From Oopsacas minuta (lineage: Eukaryota; Animalia; Porifera): a stretch of 64,000 nucleotides of DNA. The stretch covers positions 372,001-436,000 of the forward strand of contig JAKMXF010000277.1 of the NCBI GenBank assembly GCA_024704765.1, in the 5' to 3' direction. The translations under genes were made by a program, and so were the position numbers. The number at the start of each line of letters is the position of its first letter. The first letter of the stretch is position 1. Below are positions 24,282-36,391 of the stretch, piece after piece. The notes beneath the pieces are model-generated. The model had not been told where the DNA came from, searched no databases, and saw only the letters and a list, made by a program, of their open reading frames with translations.

Positions 24282-25670
24282 ATGAAGAGTATAGCTAGTA
24301 ATATCTTAGTATGTGTTGGATTGCTTGTTGTGTATTTGATAGTAGTTGAGGCTGTTTGCTCGATAAATTGTCCAAATGAGTCAATTGGTTCATTAGAGCC
24401 CTTCTGTTACCTGAATGATGATGGAGGTTCTAGGCTTTGTGAGATTTACGTGGATACATCTGAGTTAAATGGACTGACTAATCGAAATTGGACTAAAATC
24501 AAGCTAGTTATAAATGTAACAGATCGCATCAATACTATTGAGATCCGTTCAGATTTGTCAGATTATCAGTTGGAAATAAATGCTTATCGTCAATTCAATA
24601 ATATATCAACTTTCCAATCAGGTTATAATAATCACATAGTATCACTATCTGTACTTACCTCGCTTCCTAATCTTGTACACTTTCATATGTACTATGGAAA
24701 CTTCTATCATTTTCCTGCATTTTCACTTTTCAACAAACAACTTACTTATCTCAAACTAAATTATTTCGGGATTCGATCAAATGTCAAATTTATTAGAAGG
24801 AGCTTTGTGAATGAATTACCAAATCTAGAATATCTCTACCTCTATTTTATGAATATATTAGTGGCAACTGAAAATATATTCTCAGGTCTCACTGCTCTTA
24901 CTGGTTTAAATACTGAAAATTTGCAACTAACAAATCCAATCATGACACTATCTCCACTTGTTCGGCTGAAAGCATTGAGTATTGGTTACTCAGGTTTATC
25001 TGAAATAGACTTTCTAAAGCAAACTCCCTCGCTATACCAGTTAACCAGTATTGATTTCTCGATGAATAATATTCAGTTATTTAACAGTGATGTCTTCTCT
25101 GATTATACTCAATTAGAGCGTCTAGATTTGCACTCAAACTCCATTACTATTATAAACAGAACAAACGTTAATAAATTGTCCAATCTGGATTTTCTAAATC
25201 TTGGTTACAATCAAATATCAACAGTTCCTGAAGACTCATTCAGAGATATGCCTCAACTTATAATAGTTATTTTGTATTTCAATTCAATCACAACTATTTC
25301 TAGCAAAGTATTCGAGCATCTGTCTAAGATTGAAGCAGTATATTTATCGAACAATCCATTTCATTGTGACTGTAGGTTAGAATGGATGTCAATTGTAAGT
25401 CAGAAATACTATATAGATTTCCACAATCCATCCTGCAATACTCCACCAGAACATAAAGGTAAATCGGTATTGTTACCATCTCTCTACACAAACTGTACTA
25501 GAGAGCTATCTTATCAGTGTTTCAGTAAATCAGTTAAATGTCCAAGAGGTTCTTACTGTCAGGATACACTACATAGCTATGAGTGTGTGTGTGAAGGAAA
25601 AGGAGTTGTTTTCTCCAGATCACTTAACAGCTGTATTGACTATGAGAAACTCATACAGACACAAGTATAA
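24282..25670 (+). CDS. Type I secreted LRR-LRRCT-EGF protein, copy D (462 aa; the only copy with all domains in one frame)
   Basis: Single ORF: hydrophobic signal, Cys N-cap, about 10 xLxxLxLxxN repeats, NPFHCDC LRRCT, 6-Cys EGF-like region; no TM segment. Confidence 0.93.
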   Translation: MKSIASNILVCVGLLVVYLIVVEAVCSINCPNESIGSLEPFCYLNDDGGSRLCEIYVDTSELNGLTNRNWTKIKLVINVTDRINTIEIRSDLSDYQLEINAYRQFNNISTFQSGYNNHIVSLSVLTSLPNLVHFHMYYGNFYHFPAFSLFNKQLTYLKLNYFGIRSNVKFIRRSFVNELPNLEYLYLYFMNILVATENIFSGLTALTGLNTENLQLTNPIMTLSPLVRLKALSIGYSGLSEIDFLKQTPSLYQLTSIDFSMNNIQLFNSDVFSDYTQLERLDLHSNSITIINRTNVNKLSNLDFLNLGYNQISTVPEDSFRDMPQLIIVILYFNSITTISSKVFEHLSKIEAVYLSNNPFHCDCRLEWMSIVSQKYYIDFHNPSCNTPPEHKGKSVLLPSLYTNCTRELSYQCFSKSVKCPRGSYCQDTLHSYECVCEGKGVVFSRSLNSCIDYEKLIQTQV

Positions 25671-27289
25671 CCTGTAACAGAAGCAGATAAACCTCCTGCC
25701 AGTCTTCCTCCTATATAACTAGTACTTTTTCCCCTTAATCATACTTATTGTTACCATTTTATTGTTAGTTTTAGAGCTAATCAGTTCTGGTGCAATCCAT
25801 TGAGTGTTGATAGACTTGAATTACTATAAGTATGATGCACGATGTGCTGATCGAGATTAGATGAATAGTTTCCTGCAAGGTATTTCAAGATTATTTGTTC
25901 GTTATTTGTGTTGAATTAAGTATATATTTGTTTATTGTTATTCAAAATGTTAGTTATTCGTCAAATATTTGTGGAATTTTCTCTTTTCTTCAAATATTTG
26001 CATAAATATAGTCAATACAATTTGAATGGGAAATTGTCCGTGACACATCTGAACCAAAGTCTGCAGAAATGTTACTTAAGAGTATAATCACAGAATGTGT
26101 ATTCATCGGGCATAACTGCCAACCAAGTAGAGAATGCTAACCTATTTGTGCCATATCCGTGTACAGAGCGCCCATTTTTACATCCTAACAATTTTCCTGG
26201 CTCGCTGAGCTCCCTAGTATTTCACCAAATACTAATTACACTACATACTAACATACATTTTGTGCACAGTGGGAGTTTTGCCTGTTCGAATAGGGTTTGG
26301 GACGGGACATTTCAAGATAATTTCAATGAATATAGTTCCTCAATAATGTATGGAATCTTGTAAAACCAGTACAGAGTATTAGTTACCAAACACAGATTGT
26401 ACAGAGCGCTTTGTGAGTGAGTTAGCAACCTTGAATATAATATTCTCAGGTCTCACTGCTCTGACTAGTTTGGATACGAATAATTTGCAATTTAGCAATA
26501 TACTCAAAATACTATCTCCACCTGTTAGGCTGAAGGCATTAATATTTACAGGTATTTTGCGCTATTTTCTACAATAAATGCGCAATTGTAACTCTCTGAG
26601 AGCTTTTCCTTTGAGAGATCAGCAATAGTAAATATCGGTAGTAGTATTGTCAATTATACTCGATATAATGTTGTTCATGATGTTGCAAGACTTCAAACTC
26701 TCAACTCAACTGCAATCATATTAGGGCTAACTAAAGATAGTTTCGCTCCCACTAGTGAATTTGATAATCGAACTTATACCATTACAGATGCTCAATGTAG
26801 TAGCGAGCCGTTTTACTGTGCCGATTACACTATAGTATAGTGACCCAGTATTGAATGGTTGGCTATACTATTTTGTTTTTCTCCGAGAAAGCCCTGCAGC
26901 CAAACTGGATAGAATTAAGGTGATATATGGTATGAGAACTATTGAAGATATTCGTCGGATGTGCTTCTCCCCTTTGCTAATCAATCGGACACCTAGTGCC
27001 ACTATTTCACACTGGTCAAACTTTTGTCTGGCCTGTAGCAAAAAATTATGAAAGGAAAGGTGCCCAAATTTTCACACTTTTGAAAGAGAAAAATTCTACA
27101 ACTGCATACTCTTCTAAAATTTTATATATTGGTTATAGTTTTTGCTGAAAGTAAATGAAAAATATTCATTTTATAGCACTATGTCATCAGGAATAATTCT
27201 ATTGTTATTAGATGGTAATATATATTAGTTTGGATTCATTGAATATCCAAGTTTAACAATAGCTTTAATTCAAATATTTAATTGATATT

Positions 27290-27790
27290 AGCTATAGTGA
27301 TATCCCTATTTATAAGGTATTTCTCCATATACTTTAGAGATATTTATACACTAATTGTGGTAGTATTATGTAAATGAGAATAAATTGAGTGAAGAATCAT
27401 TTCCATATATTGTATGTGAATTTATCTCTTCAATATTACAGACAAAACATAGATACTTCAGTGAAATACGCATTACTGTTAAATGCCCAATACTCATAAA
27501 TTTTCCGTTGTTATTGTATTTTGAGGCGCGAATTGCATGTATATCCCGTAGCGTAGCGAGTTGTTTCTACTTAAGTGGACCATGATCACAATTAGTGATT
27601 CATATAACTTATCTGAGAATTATGAACCATCGAGGGATCCTAGAGATGCCCACTCTCACGGATCAGATTTTTGTATCCATATAAGACTGTAACTATCCGA
27701 GTTATACTGTATTTTGTATAAGGTAGAGAGATAATACATTTAATATATACATAATTACACATAGACATTTTGGTATACTTATCTAGTAAA
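27290..27790 (-). promoter_or_regulatory. Orphan copy of the LRR upstream region without its CDS
   Basis: Matches 19400-19960 including TATAAATA, and lies next to a Rab 3' end in the same way. Confidence 0.6.
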
Positions 27791-27828
27791 CTACATCATT
27801 AATACCCAAAATATCCAGATTATTTAAG

Positions 27829-29069
27829 TTAACAACAACGACAACAATTAGTGTTTCTTGTACCATGAAAGGAACTTGGATTTAAGAGAATCCGTTTATC
27901 ATGGGTAATATCACCAGTATTGTACCTCTCCTCGTTTTCAAATAAATTCCTTTTAATATCACAAACAATGGTCAAAAAGGCTTGCTCTACATTAATAGCA
28001 CACTTTGCACTTGTCTCTATGAAGTTAATCTTCATTTCATCTGCAAACTCTTTAGCTGTAGAGTAGTCTACTATCTTCTGACTTGTCATATCACATTTAT
28101 TGCCTACCAACAACTTGGGGACATTAGGACTGCAGTAAGCTTCAATTTCCTGTAGCCATCGCTTAACATTACCTAGAAATTTGATAAAACATTTGTTATT
28201 ACTTATAATTAATTCCTGGACATTGTCATAGGTATTTATCTGTTATCAGTTAAACACCTTGACATTTATTTCAATAAATCGAAAACGAGCGGGCTCTGCT
28301 TGCAAACTTTCGTGTATTAAATAAATATCTGTGAAATGGAAATTCAAAAACTTGTAATCGCAAAATGCGGATTCAGCAAACTCCGTTACTTCTATCTTTC
28401 TTTAAGAGAAAGTCTCTACGTAAATCTTGAGATTTCGGTTGTTTATGTTTATTCAAAGAATTCCACATATGATTAATTAAAGTGGGAGAGAATCGGATTT
28501 TAGTCACGTTTTATTGAATTCCACTTATTTTCCAGATAAACAAGATAAACTCTGTATTCTGTTAGATCTGGATTTACGAGATTTAGGCTATTTACTTTAG
28601 AAAAAATTCATTTCCGAGGCCAAAATCTCAGACCAAAAATGTATACCTATGTTTGCTAATTTTCATGCTAATTGGAATGCTAGATTTTGCACGGCCGCGC
28701 TGACGGACAGACGTACGTCACATTGTCCATGCTATTTGGGCATCTCCCTATAGGAGCTGTAATAAAAATTACTACAAACTTACTGAAAGAATTCTGATCA
28801 GTCACGTCATACACTATAATAACACCACGCACTCCTCTAAAGAGTATATATAGAGTAGCCTTGAACCTGCCATATAAAGATGCATCAAATATCTGTAGCT
28901 TAATAACTTTACTATCTAAATTAACTCTGTGCGTTCTGATGTCCACTGTAATAGTCATCTGATAGTTCTCATCATATGGTTCTTCTACAAAACTGTGAAG
29001 GAGACTTGACTTCCCAACACCTGGATCCCCGATTATGATAAGTCTGTATATGTCAAAATCCACACTCAT
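27829..29069 (-). CDS. Divergent Rab1-like GTPase, type B (209 aa; exons 28784-29069 and 27829-28172)
   Basis: Open spliced frame. G1 GDPGVGKS, G3 FDASLY, NKCD, ETSAK, CCRCC. Confidence 0.88.
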
Positions 29070-30206
29070 TTTAACCTAATTAAGTTTTTCTAATCATAAG
29101 TGCTAATGTTAACAAGCGCATTTAACTTGAAGTGTTCTACCTTATCTAGTGTTAATTACGAAATACGACCATCCTAATTCTCTAGATTGCGCTCTAGATC
29201 TGACATTGAACATGAAATTTTGTATAGATGAGATTATCAAGGAAAATTAGAAGTAAATTTGACATCTTTTCTGATTTCACATACTCATAAAGAAATCAAA
29301 ATCCATGCCGACAGTAAATTACAAACTGTCCGACGGCTGAGTCCATTATTTTTATTTGTTTAGTGGCAATATTCATTGGAGGCACTTTATGTTTGGGTAT
29401 TAATCTTTGTTTCATATTGCCTCAATGAATAATGCAACTTAACAAATCTAATTAAAGAACTACTAAGCTGTCGGAAAGATTGTAATTTTAGATCTTCTGC
29501 TAGCTACGCTCGCAATTAATTCTCAAATTACATAAATACTTTGCATATGTCAATTTTTACATTTTTGCTTCATCATCATCACTCCACTATGATTACGTCA
29601 TTGTTATGATGGCCAATGTGTCAGTCCTGATACCTACTACACTTCATCAATTGGAAGTATTACTCTAATTGCTATCGTTGTAAAGTTTTCTGCGTATCAA
29701 ATTTTATGTTGTGTATGACGTAATGGAAATGATGTCTATAGTGTCGATAATTATTTTTTCATATTCTACGACTGTGTATTACCTTTATTGAATTACATCA
29801 ATACCATAGTATACTGTTTATGCCTTCCTACTGTGATTTTGCTTTCTAGTATTCTATTATCCCAAAACCTAATACCACTCCTATAGGATAATTATATAGT
29901 GGCACAAAAGTGGCAGTGTGTCAGATAAAATATGGTTTACCGAGGTGCACACCGCACGCTAATTGTTCATCTATCCTGAAAATTTCAGCCCTGAATCTAT
30001 AATAGTTTTGGCTGTGCGCCAGCGATGGATATAGAAAAAAGGTACAGTAAATAACTACAATAAATTGGAATATATAATCACAACAACTGCAATTACATAG
30101 AGACGTATATACAGTATATACACACTCATTAATGAATAATAATGTATCTAATAAAGGGATTATTATTATTATTATTAAAATATCTTAAAATATCCAGGTT
30201 ATATTG

Positions 30207-31819
30207 TTAACAACAACGACAACAATACGTGTTCCTCTTATCACCAATGTGAGAATCTGGATCTATTATAACCCTGTTATTGTGCATAATATCACCAGTA
30301 TTGTACCTCTCCGCGTTTTCAAATAAATTCCTTTTAATATCACAAACAATGGTCAAAAAGGCTTGCTCTACATTAATAGCACACTTTGCACTTGTCTCTA
30401 TGAAGTTAATCTTCATTTCATCAGCAAACTCTTTAGCTGTAGAGTAGTCTATTATCTTCTGACTTGTCATATCACATTTATTGCCTACCAACAACTTACA
30501 TGCATTTGGAATGCAGTAAGTTTCAATTTCCTGTAGCCATTGCTTAATATTACCTAGAAATTTGATAAAATACTCAATTGAAAATACATTAAACAATAAA
30601 TTCAAGGATAATACATTCATTATTCAAACTTCTCCAAACTATTGGAGACTGAAAAGTATATTATTCAATCACAACTAACAAACCTAATGGTGTATAAGAT
30701 TTTCCAAAAGGAAGCCTTTGGCCAGTGCTGCCAAGTGAATTCAGAAAATTATTGAGATTGACAAAAAAATTTACGTAGAAACCAAATTCTTTACGGAGCA
30801 TTTATAATTCCTTATTGAGCCTAACAGGTCGTAATTTACTTTTACAAATGCCATTAGCTAACAACTTTTATTAATAATCATTAATATATGTAGATATATG
30901 CACGCTTTCGCGTTTGTAAACAATAAATTATAATCACTATCAGCATGCAACAAACTATCAAACTACTATTGTATATGGTCGTACATACTTTGAGAAAATA
31001 ACTCGCACATTTTCGAGGTAGGTACAAACGTTGAGGAATTTTGAATATTGACCTTTATCGTTAGCAAAAGTATTACACGTACAGGTAATTCGATAGAAAT
31101 ATATAGAAATAAGTCTTCATACGTAGATACGTAGATACGTAGATAACAGTCAAATTTACATAGTCTACATAAATTACGGAGATTTGGCAGCACTTCTTTT
31201 GGCTGACACGAAGTGTTAGAAAGCGCGCACCGCAAGCAAGCGAAGTGGCTTGTTATTCTAGAATAGGAAATTTCCTATCGCCGATAAATCGATAAATTAG
31301 TGTCAACAAGTGTCAAATCTAACTTGAATTTTTCCAAATATTACAAGATCTGTTCCCAAACATTTTAGTAACGGAGGAATGTACGAACTTTCATTATATC
31401 AACATTTACCATATTCCTAGACAAAAATGGACAAATCGAAGACTCATTCTGCTTAGTTAATAACAACAGGCTATGATTCATATCGTAGTAACTTAGAGCA
31501 CATTATTGTTTGCCACAAACTTACTGAAAGTATCTTGATCAGTGACGTCATACACCATCATGATACCATGCGCACCTCTGAAATATCCTTTAAATGCACC
31601 CAGAGATTTCCCGAACCTGAAAGAAATGAATGTAGCCCATATCTGTAGCTTGATAGTTTTACCATCTACATTAACAGTGTGGACTCTAAAGTCCACAGGA
31701 CGCAGTCTAAAGTACTCAGTGTATGAATCTTCCACAAACCGTAGAAGGAGATTGGACTTTCCGACTCTTGAATCACCGACTATGAGAAGTTTGAATAGGT
31801 AGTCATAATTTACACTCAT
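30207..31819 (-). CDS. Divergent Rab1-like GTPase, type A, copy 2 (213 aa; exons 31525-31819 and 30207-30553)
   Basis: Direct duplicate of 19960-21660. G3 region reads WATFIS (Asp lost); distinct hypervariable tail ending CCRCC. Confidence 0.9.
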
Positions 31820-32128
31820 ATTGACCTGAACAAAAAATGGCTTCGCTATTATCCCTGATGGTTTTATTAGACGCGAAATACAACAATAATTTCGGGAATC
31901 AGGGCTGGATTAGGTTATGCCAGGCCTGGGTGTATAGATTAATGAAACTATCAAAAAAGTATTCTACATTATTTAGGAAGTCACATACTCAGAAAACAAA
32001 ATTAAATACTAAATTGATATACATAATCATATGAAAACTCCTGAAATTTGATATATACAGACAAGTATTAAAGAATACTTATCAAGTAAGAGCATCATGA
32101 ATAGCACAAAATATTCAGATTATATACG

Positions 32129-32471
32129 TTAACAACAATGACAAAAACTGATGTGTATCCTGCCGCTAACGGAAGAGCTTGGATTTAAGAGAATCCGTTT
32201 TTCATGCGTAATATCACCAGTATTGTACCTCTCCTCGTTTTCAAATAAATTTCCTTTTAATATCACAAACAATGGTTAAAAAGGCTTGCTCTACATTAAT
32301 AGCACACTTAGCACTTGTCTCTATGAAGTTAATCTTCATTTCATCAGCAAACTCTTTAGCTGTAGAGTAGTCTACTATCTTCTGACTTGTCATATCACAT
32401 TTATTACCTACCAACAACTTAGGTATATTAGGACTGCAGTTCAATTTCCTGGAGTCATTGCTGAATATTAC
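32129..32471 (-). pseudogene. Orphan Rab exon 2, frameshifted
   Basis: Duplicate of the 22228 region with an extra base near 32250 and a deletion near 32440. Confidence 0.83.
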
Positions 32472-34154
32472 CTAGAAAGTGAATTAATAAAATTCGGAAT
32501 AATCTCGATTCAATGAATTATTGGATAAATTATTCAGTGCTCTACTATCCATATATAATGGTGATAGAGTAAAAGCTCGCATACCGAGGCTATTTGGTGT
32601 CATTTCAAAAGCACCCCAGTTTTACATAGAATAAAACTAAAGTTATTGTAAGGTGGTGGTTAGGTGACCGCCCCGGTTTGGGAGGTTCCCCAGTTTGGGT
32701 GTGCACGGTTTGCGAGCTTCTACTGTAGAAAATGATACGTACCGTTTGGACAAATATTCTTATGATATTGGTGGGCATAATAAAATAATTCTAATATTGA
32801 CAATGATAAATAGAAGGCCCAATGGGTCATCGATCCCAATTAATCATCTACTGATGTATGTACATAATTGATTGAAGAAAACATGGATACCCAAAGGCGG
32901 ATTTACAATCGAACTTCTGAGATCTAAACCTCCCAAATCCGGATTTATTTTAACTTCTTGAAGTATGCTTAATTGATATCTAAGGAGTCTGACTGAATGG
33001 TGGAAAATTGTTGGAAAAATTTCTGCATTGCACAGTATAAAATGCGCCAAAGTCGTAATATCCGATGTGATTTGGATGCATCAGGCATGAAAAAGTGCCG
33101 ATATCTAGCTAATCGTTGTACCCGAAGTATGGTGTGTAAAAAATACTGCTGGAGATTTCTGAGCTAGAGAAAAGTGTCGTTATCAGCGATTTGTCGCCAA
33201 AACCGATGTAGTTCATTCCGAAGTATATTGTACGTAGAATATCGGAAGAATAGATTAATTCGGAATAAAGGCTCACGAGTCACGACGCATATTAAACTAA
33301 ACCTGGAGAATCGCTAACAAATCAGCAGTGTTGGAGAGTGAGAAATTAATTAAAACATTTAAGTAACAATGGAAAATTCGTCTAATCGGGGGAAATAGAT
33401 TAAATCGGGATAATACAGTGCAACCTTAAAGTGGGGTCTCTATAAGCGGGACAATTTTGGTCCACCTTTATTCATTTCCATAGAAACGAACATCTATAAT
33501 CGTGGAATGGAGAATGGGGATTACTTTATAGGAAATATGCTTCTATAAGTTGCGAATTCTAGGATAAATTTTCTTGAATAATAATCAATCTTTGTGTTAA
33601 ATTTGGGAAAAAAAATATATTTATCGCTATGAATTGAAATTCTTTGATTTCTCAGAAGAAAATTTCTTACAATATTATATTCAACTAACAACCTTAGAGC
33701 ATATTATAATAATCTAATATCATTGAAAACAGTCGTTGGAGGAAGTGGCTATACATATTGACCCATATATCTCTCGTTCAAGGACATCTACTTTTGAATG
33801 TATAAATGAGAAATGGGGGTTATCAGGAGATTCGCCGGCTCTATTTCATCCACTTAAAGAGGTTCTACCATATATCTCCAGATGGCCCTGCGTCTGGAGG
33901 CGAGATAAATGAAATGAAATAGGAAGAACCCCAAGAAGTTGGAGGGTTGGACAGTATGCATTTGAATTGCTAGGCATGCCATAATGATTAAGTCACTAAG
34001 ATATAACATGCCAATCATAGGCGGTGTGTATTTACGAGGTGCAGCTAACCTGACTACTCTAGTCGTGATATGAAACGCAAGAAATCGTTTGGAATAGCTA
34101 AAAATCGAGATTTAAATCACATATTTGATTCAGCATAGTGAAATTTAGATAATA

Positions 34155-35464
34155 CAGGGTGGCTCCAAAGTTCTGATACAAACCATTTTGTCTATAATAT
34201 TTATTCAGCATGACCTACATTATTGATTCTCTATATATAATTAATACATACTATTAGGAAGAGATTGCCTAGTCATTTATTCAATATAACCACCCTTTTT
34301 GGAAATGACAGCCCTGAGTCTGTTCGGGAATCCTTCTACTGCAGCACGCAGAGTTTCTTGGGGTATCTTCTCCCATTCTCGACACAAGGAAATCTTTAGA
34401 GCTAACTGTGTTGTGTGACACAGAACAAGCCTTGTTTTCCAAGATAGACCATACAGAATAGTCCATGGGATTTAAATCGGGACTTTATGGTGGCCATTCA
34501 TCCTTATGTATAAAATTGGGAATATTGTGCTTCAGCCAATCTTGGGTCGTATTGGCCGTATGGGTGGGAGCACCATCTTGTTGGAAGACAAATTGCTGTC
34601 CAGAAAACATGGTCTGGCTCAGACCTTTTACCACAGGCTTTAACACAAGCTCTTGGTATGTTTTGGCATTGATTTTCACTCCTGGGGGGATGAAAATCAG
34701 TGGTGTCCGACCAACAGCAGAGACCCCAGCCCAAACCATCACCGACTGTGGTTTCTTCATCCGACTGATATATCTGAACTTATCAGGGATCGCTGAAACT
34801 GAGGTCGAGATGACTCTGTCGTTTTGGCTATTTGTAGCCTCTTCAATGGTGAAAATTTTCTCATCTGAGAAAATGGTATTTTCGAGAACTCCAATAGCGT
34901 GTAGAGCAAGTAGGCTCTTGCTCCGGGACACTCTCTTTTCTTTCACCGACCCAGATAGGAATTGTACCTTTTTGCGTTTAAAAGAGCGCATTCCTAGGTC
35001 CCTTTTGACAACCTTTTGTATTGCTCGGCGAGATATATTGAGCTCCAAGGCCATTTACCTCATCGAACGGTGTGGGTTCCGCCGAATCCGTTCTCGCACC
35101 ACTTTCTTGAGAGCTGAGGTCGTTACAGAGCATGGACGACCAGATCTCGGCTTGTCTACAGTGTCCCCAGTTTCCTTATATCGATTTATCGTCCTGTAGA
35201 TAAATGCCCTACGTCCTTTTGCAATATTCAGCAGTTTCAAAATTTCTGATGGACTTTTCCCCGCCATATGCAACTCAATAATTGCTGACCTCTCAGATTC
35301 CATGGTCAATCACAATTTTTTTCGAAATAGAATACACCAAATTGAAATAATATTTGGTAGGAAGCGTATAAGGTATGTCATAGAAGAGCAAACCATTGAG
35401 AATACTTCCTGATAATGGTTGTATATTAATCATGATTTTGTATCAGAACTTTGGAGCCACCCTG
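34155..35464 (-). mobile_element. Full-length (1310 bp) DD37D/maT transposon, inactivated
   Basis: Perfect 28-bp TIRs CAGGGTGGCTCCAAAGTTCTGATACAAA with TA on both sides. Transposase 35309-34277 has in-frame TAA at 35055 and 34485 and a late frameshift; FSDEK, QDGAP and SPDLNPMD spaced D37D. Confidence 0.97.
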
Positions 35465-35930
35465 TAAATACTAAAAACTAGATTTAAATTTGGCAAATCT
35501 ATTCTGTGAGATTTGCTTAAATCAGTACATTTAGCTTGTTTACTAAATGGATGGCAGGGCTAATAGGGTGTCTCCAGATTATATTCTAGTCTAGATAATA
35601 TCAAATTACACTTGTTAGTACAGCTCTTATAGAAAGATACCCTAATGGCAGAGTTGATTTACGACGCTCATTCGTTTGTTCAATTGTAGCCGTGGCTGGT
35701 GCGAAATCTAGGAATATGATTAAAACCAAAATCGGTTCTTATATATACATTGTGGTTTGATTTGTACCTGGGGTATGATATTCACACATTATTGATGATT
35801 AATAATATCTTCACAACTTTATGTGAAAAATCAATAGCACGCAAGAGTGTGGTGAGTAAATATTGAATTAAGAAAGCTAGGAGTAAATAGGAAGAGTTAG
35901 GGAAAATAAGAACTTAAGATTCTAATCTTG

Positions 35931-36391
35931 TCAAACATTGCTTTTCTGCAGATGTCTCCTTATACAGAATGTCGCAATAATAGCAACAACAAAGATTGCG
36001 GCAATAACAAGCAGCAAAAATACGATGACTACTATCAGAACGCTTTCTTGAGCAGAAAAGTCAAATGAAGCACTTTGGAAGAATGTTGTTGGATCAGTGA
36101 TTTCTGGAAGTGTTAAATAGTGAGAGGCACTTGCAGAATATGTTTCTGTAGAATATGCGAACTGTAGATCCACGCGAATAGTATAGTTGAAGTTGAGAGT
36201 TAATCCTTTAATGTTGAAGAATAGCTTCTCAGTGGTACCAGCGAAATATTCAACATCTTCGTATCCGTAGTATATTGAGAATTTCTCATCAGAGAGGGGA
36301 GTCTGCTCCGCTAACAAACCCCAGGTAACCAGGATGGAAGTGTCACTAGATGTCACAGCTTTTAGATTAGTTATTGCTTGTGAGTAGGTTG
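35931..36391 (-). CDS. Receptor terminal exon: FN3 domain, TM helix, tail RRHLQKSNV
   Basis: NL.A...S.TSILVTW and GL..NFNYTIRV FN3 pattern; VLIVVIVFLLLVIAAIFVVAIIATFCI followed by RRH. Confidence 0.88.

Noticed and set aside
29590-29890. Cys-containing and hydrophobic reading frames resembling a small TM protein
   Set aside because: Short, interrupted by stops, no start or splice support.
32844-33050. GGLDLRS motif suggesting a LINE reverse-transcriptase remnant
   Set aside because: A single short motif with no other RT blocks visible.
34465-35199. 244-aa plus-strand ORF (also 608-952, 715-972 and 34504-34734)
   Set aside because: Antisense or alternate-frame shadows of the maT transposases.
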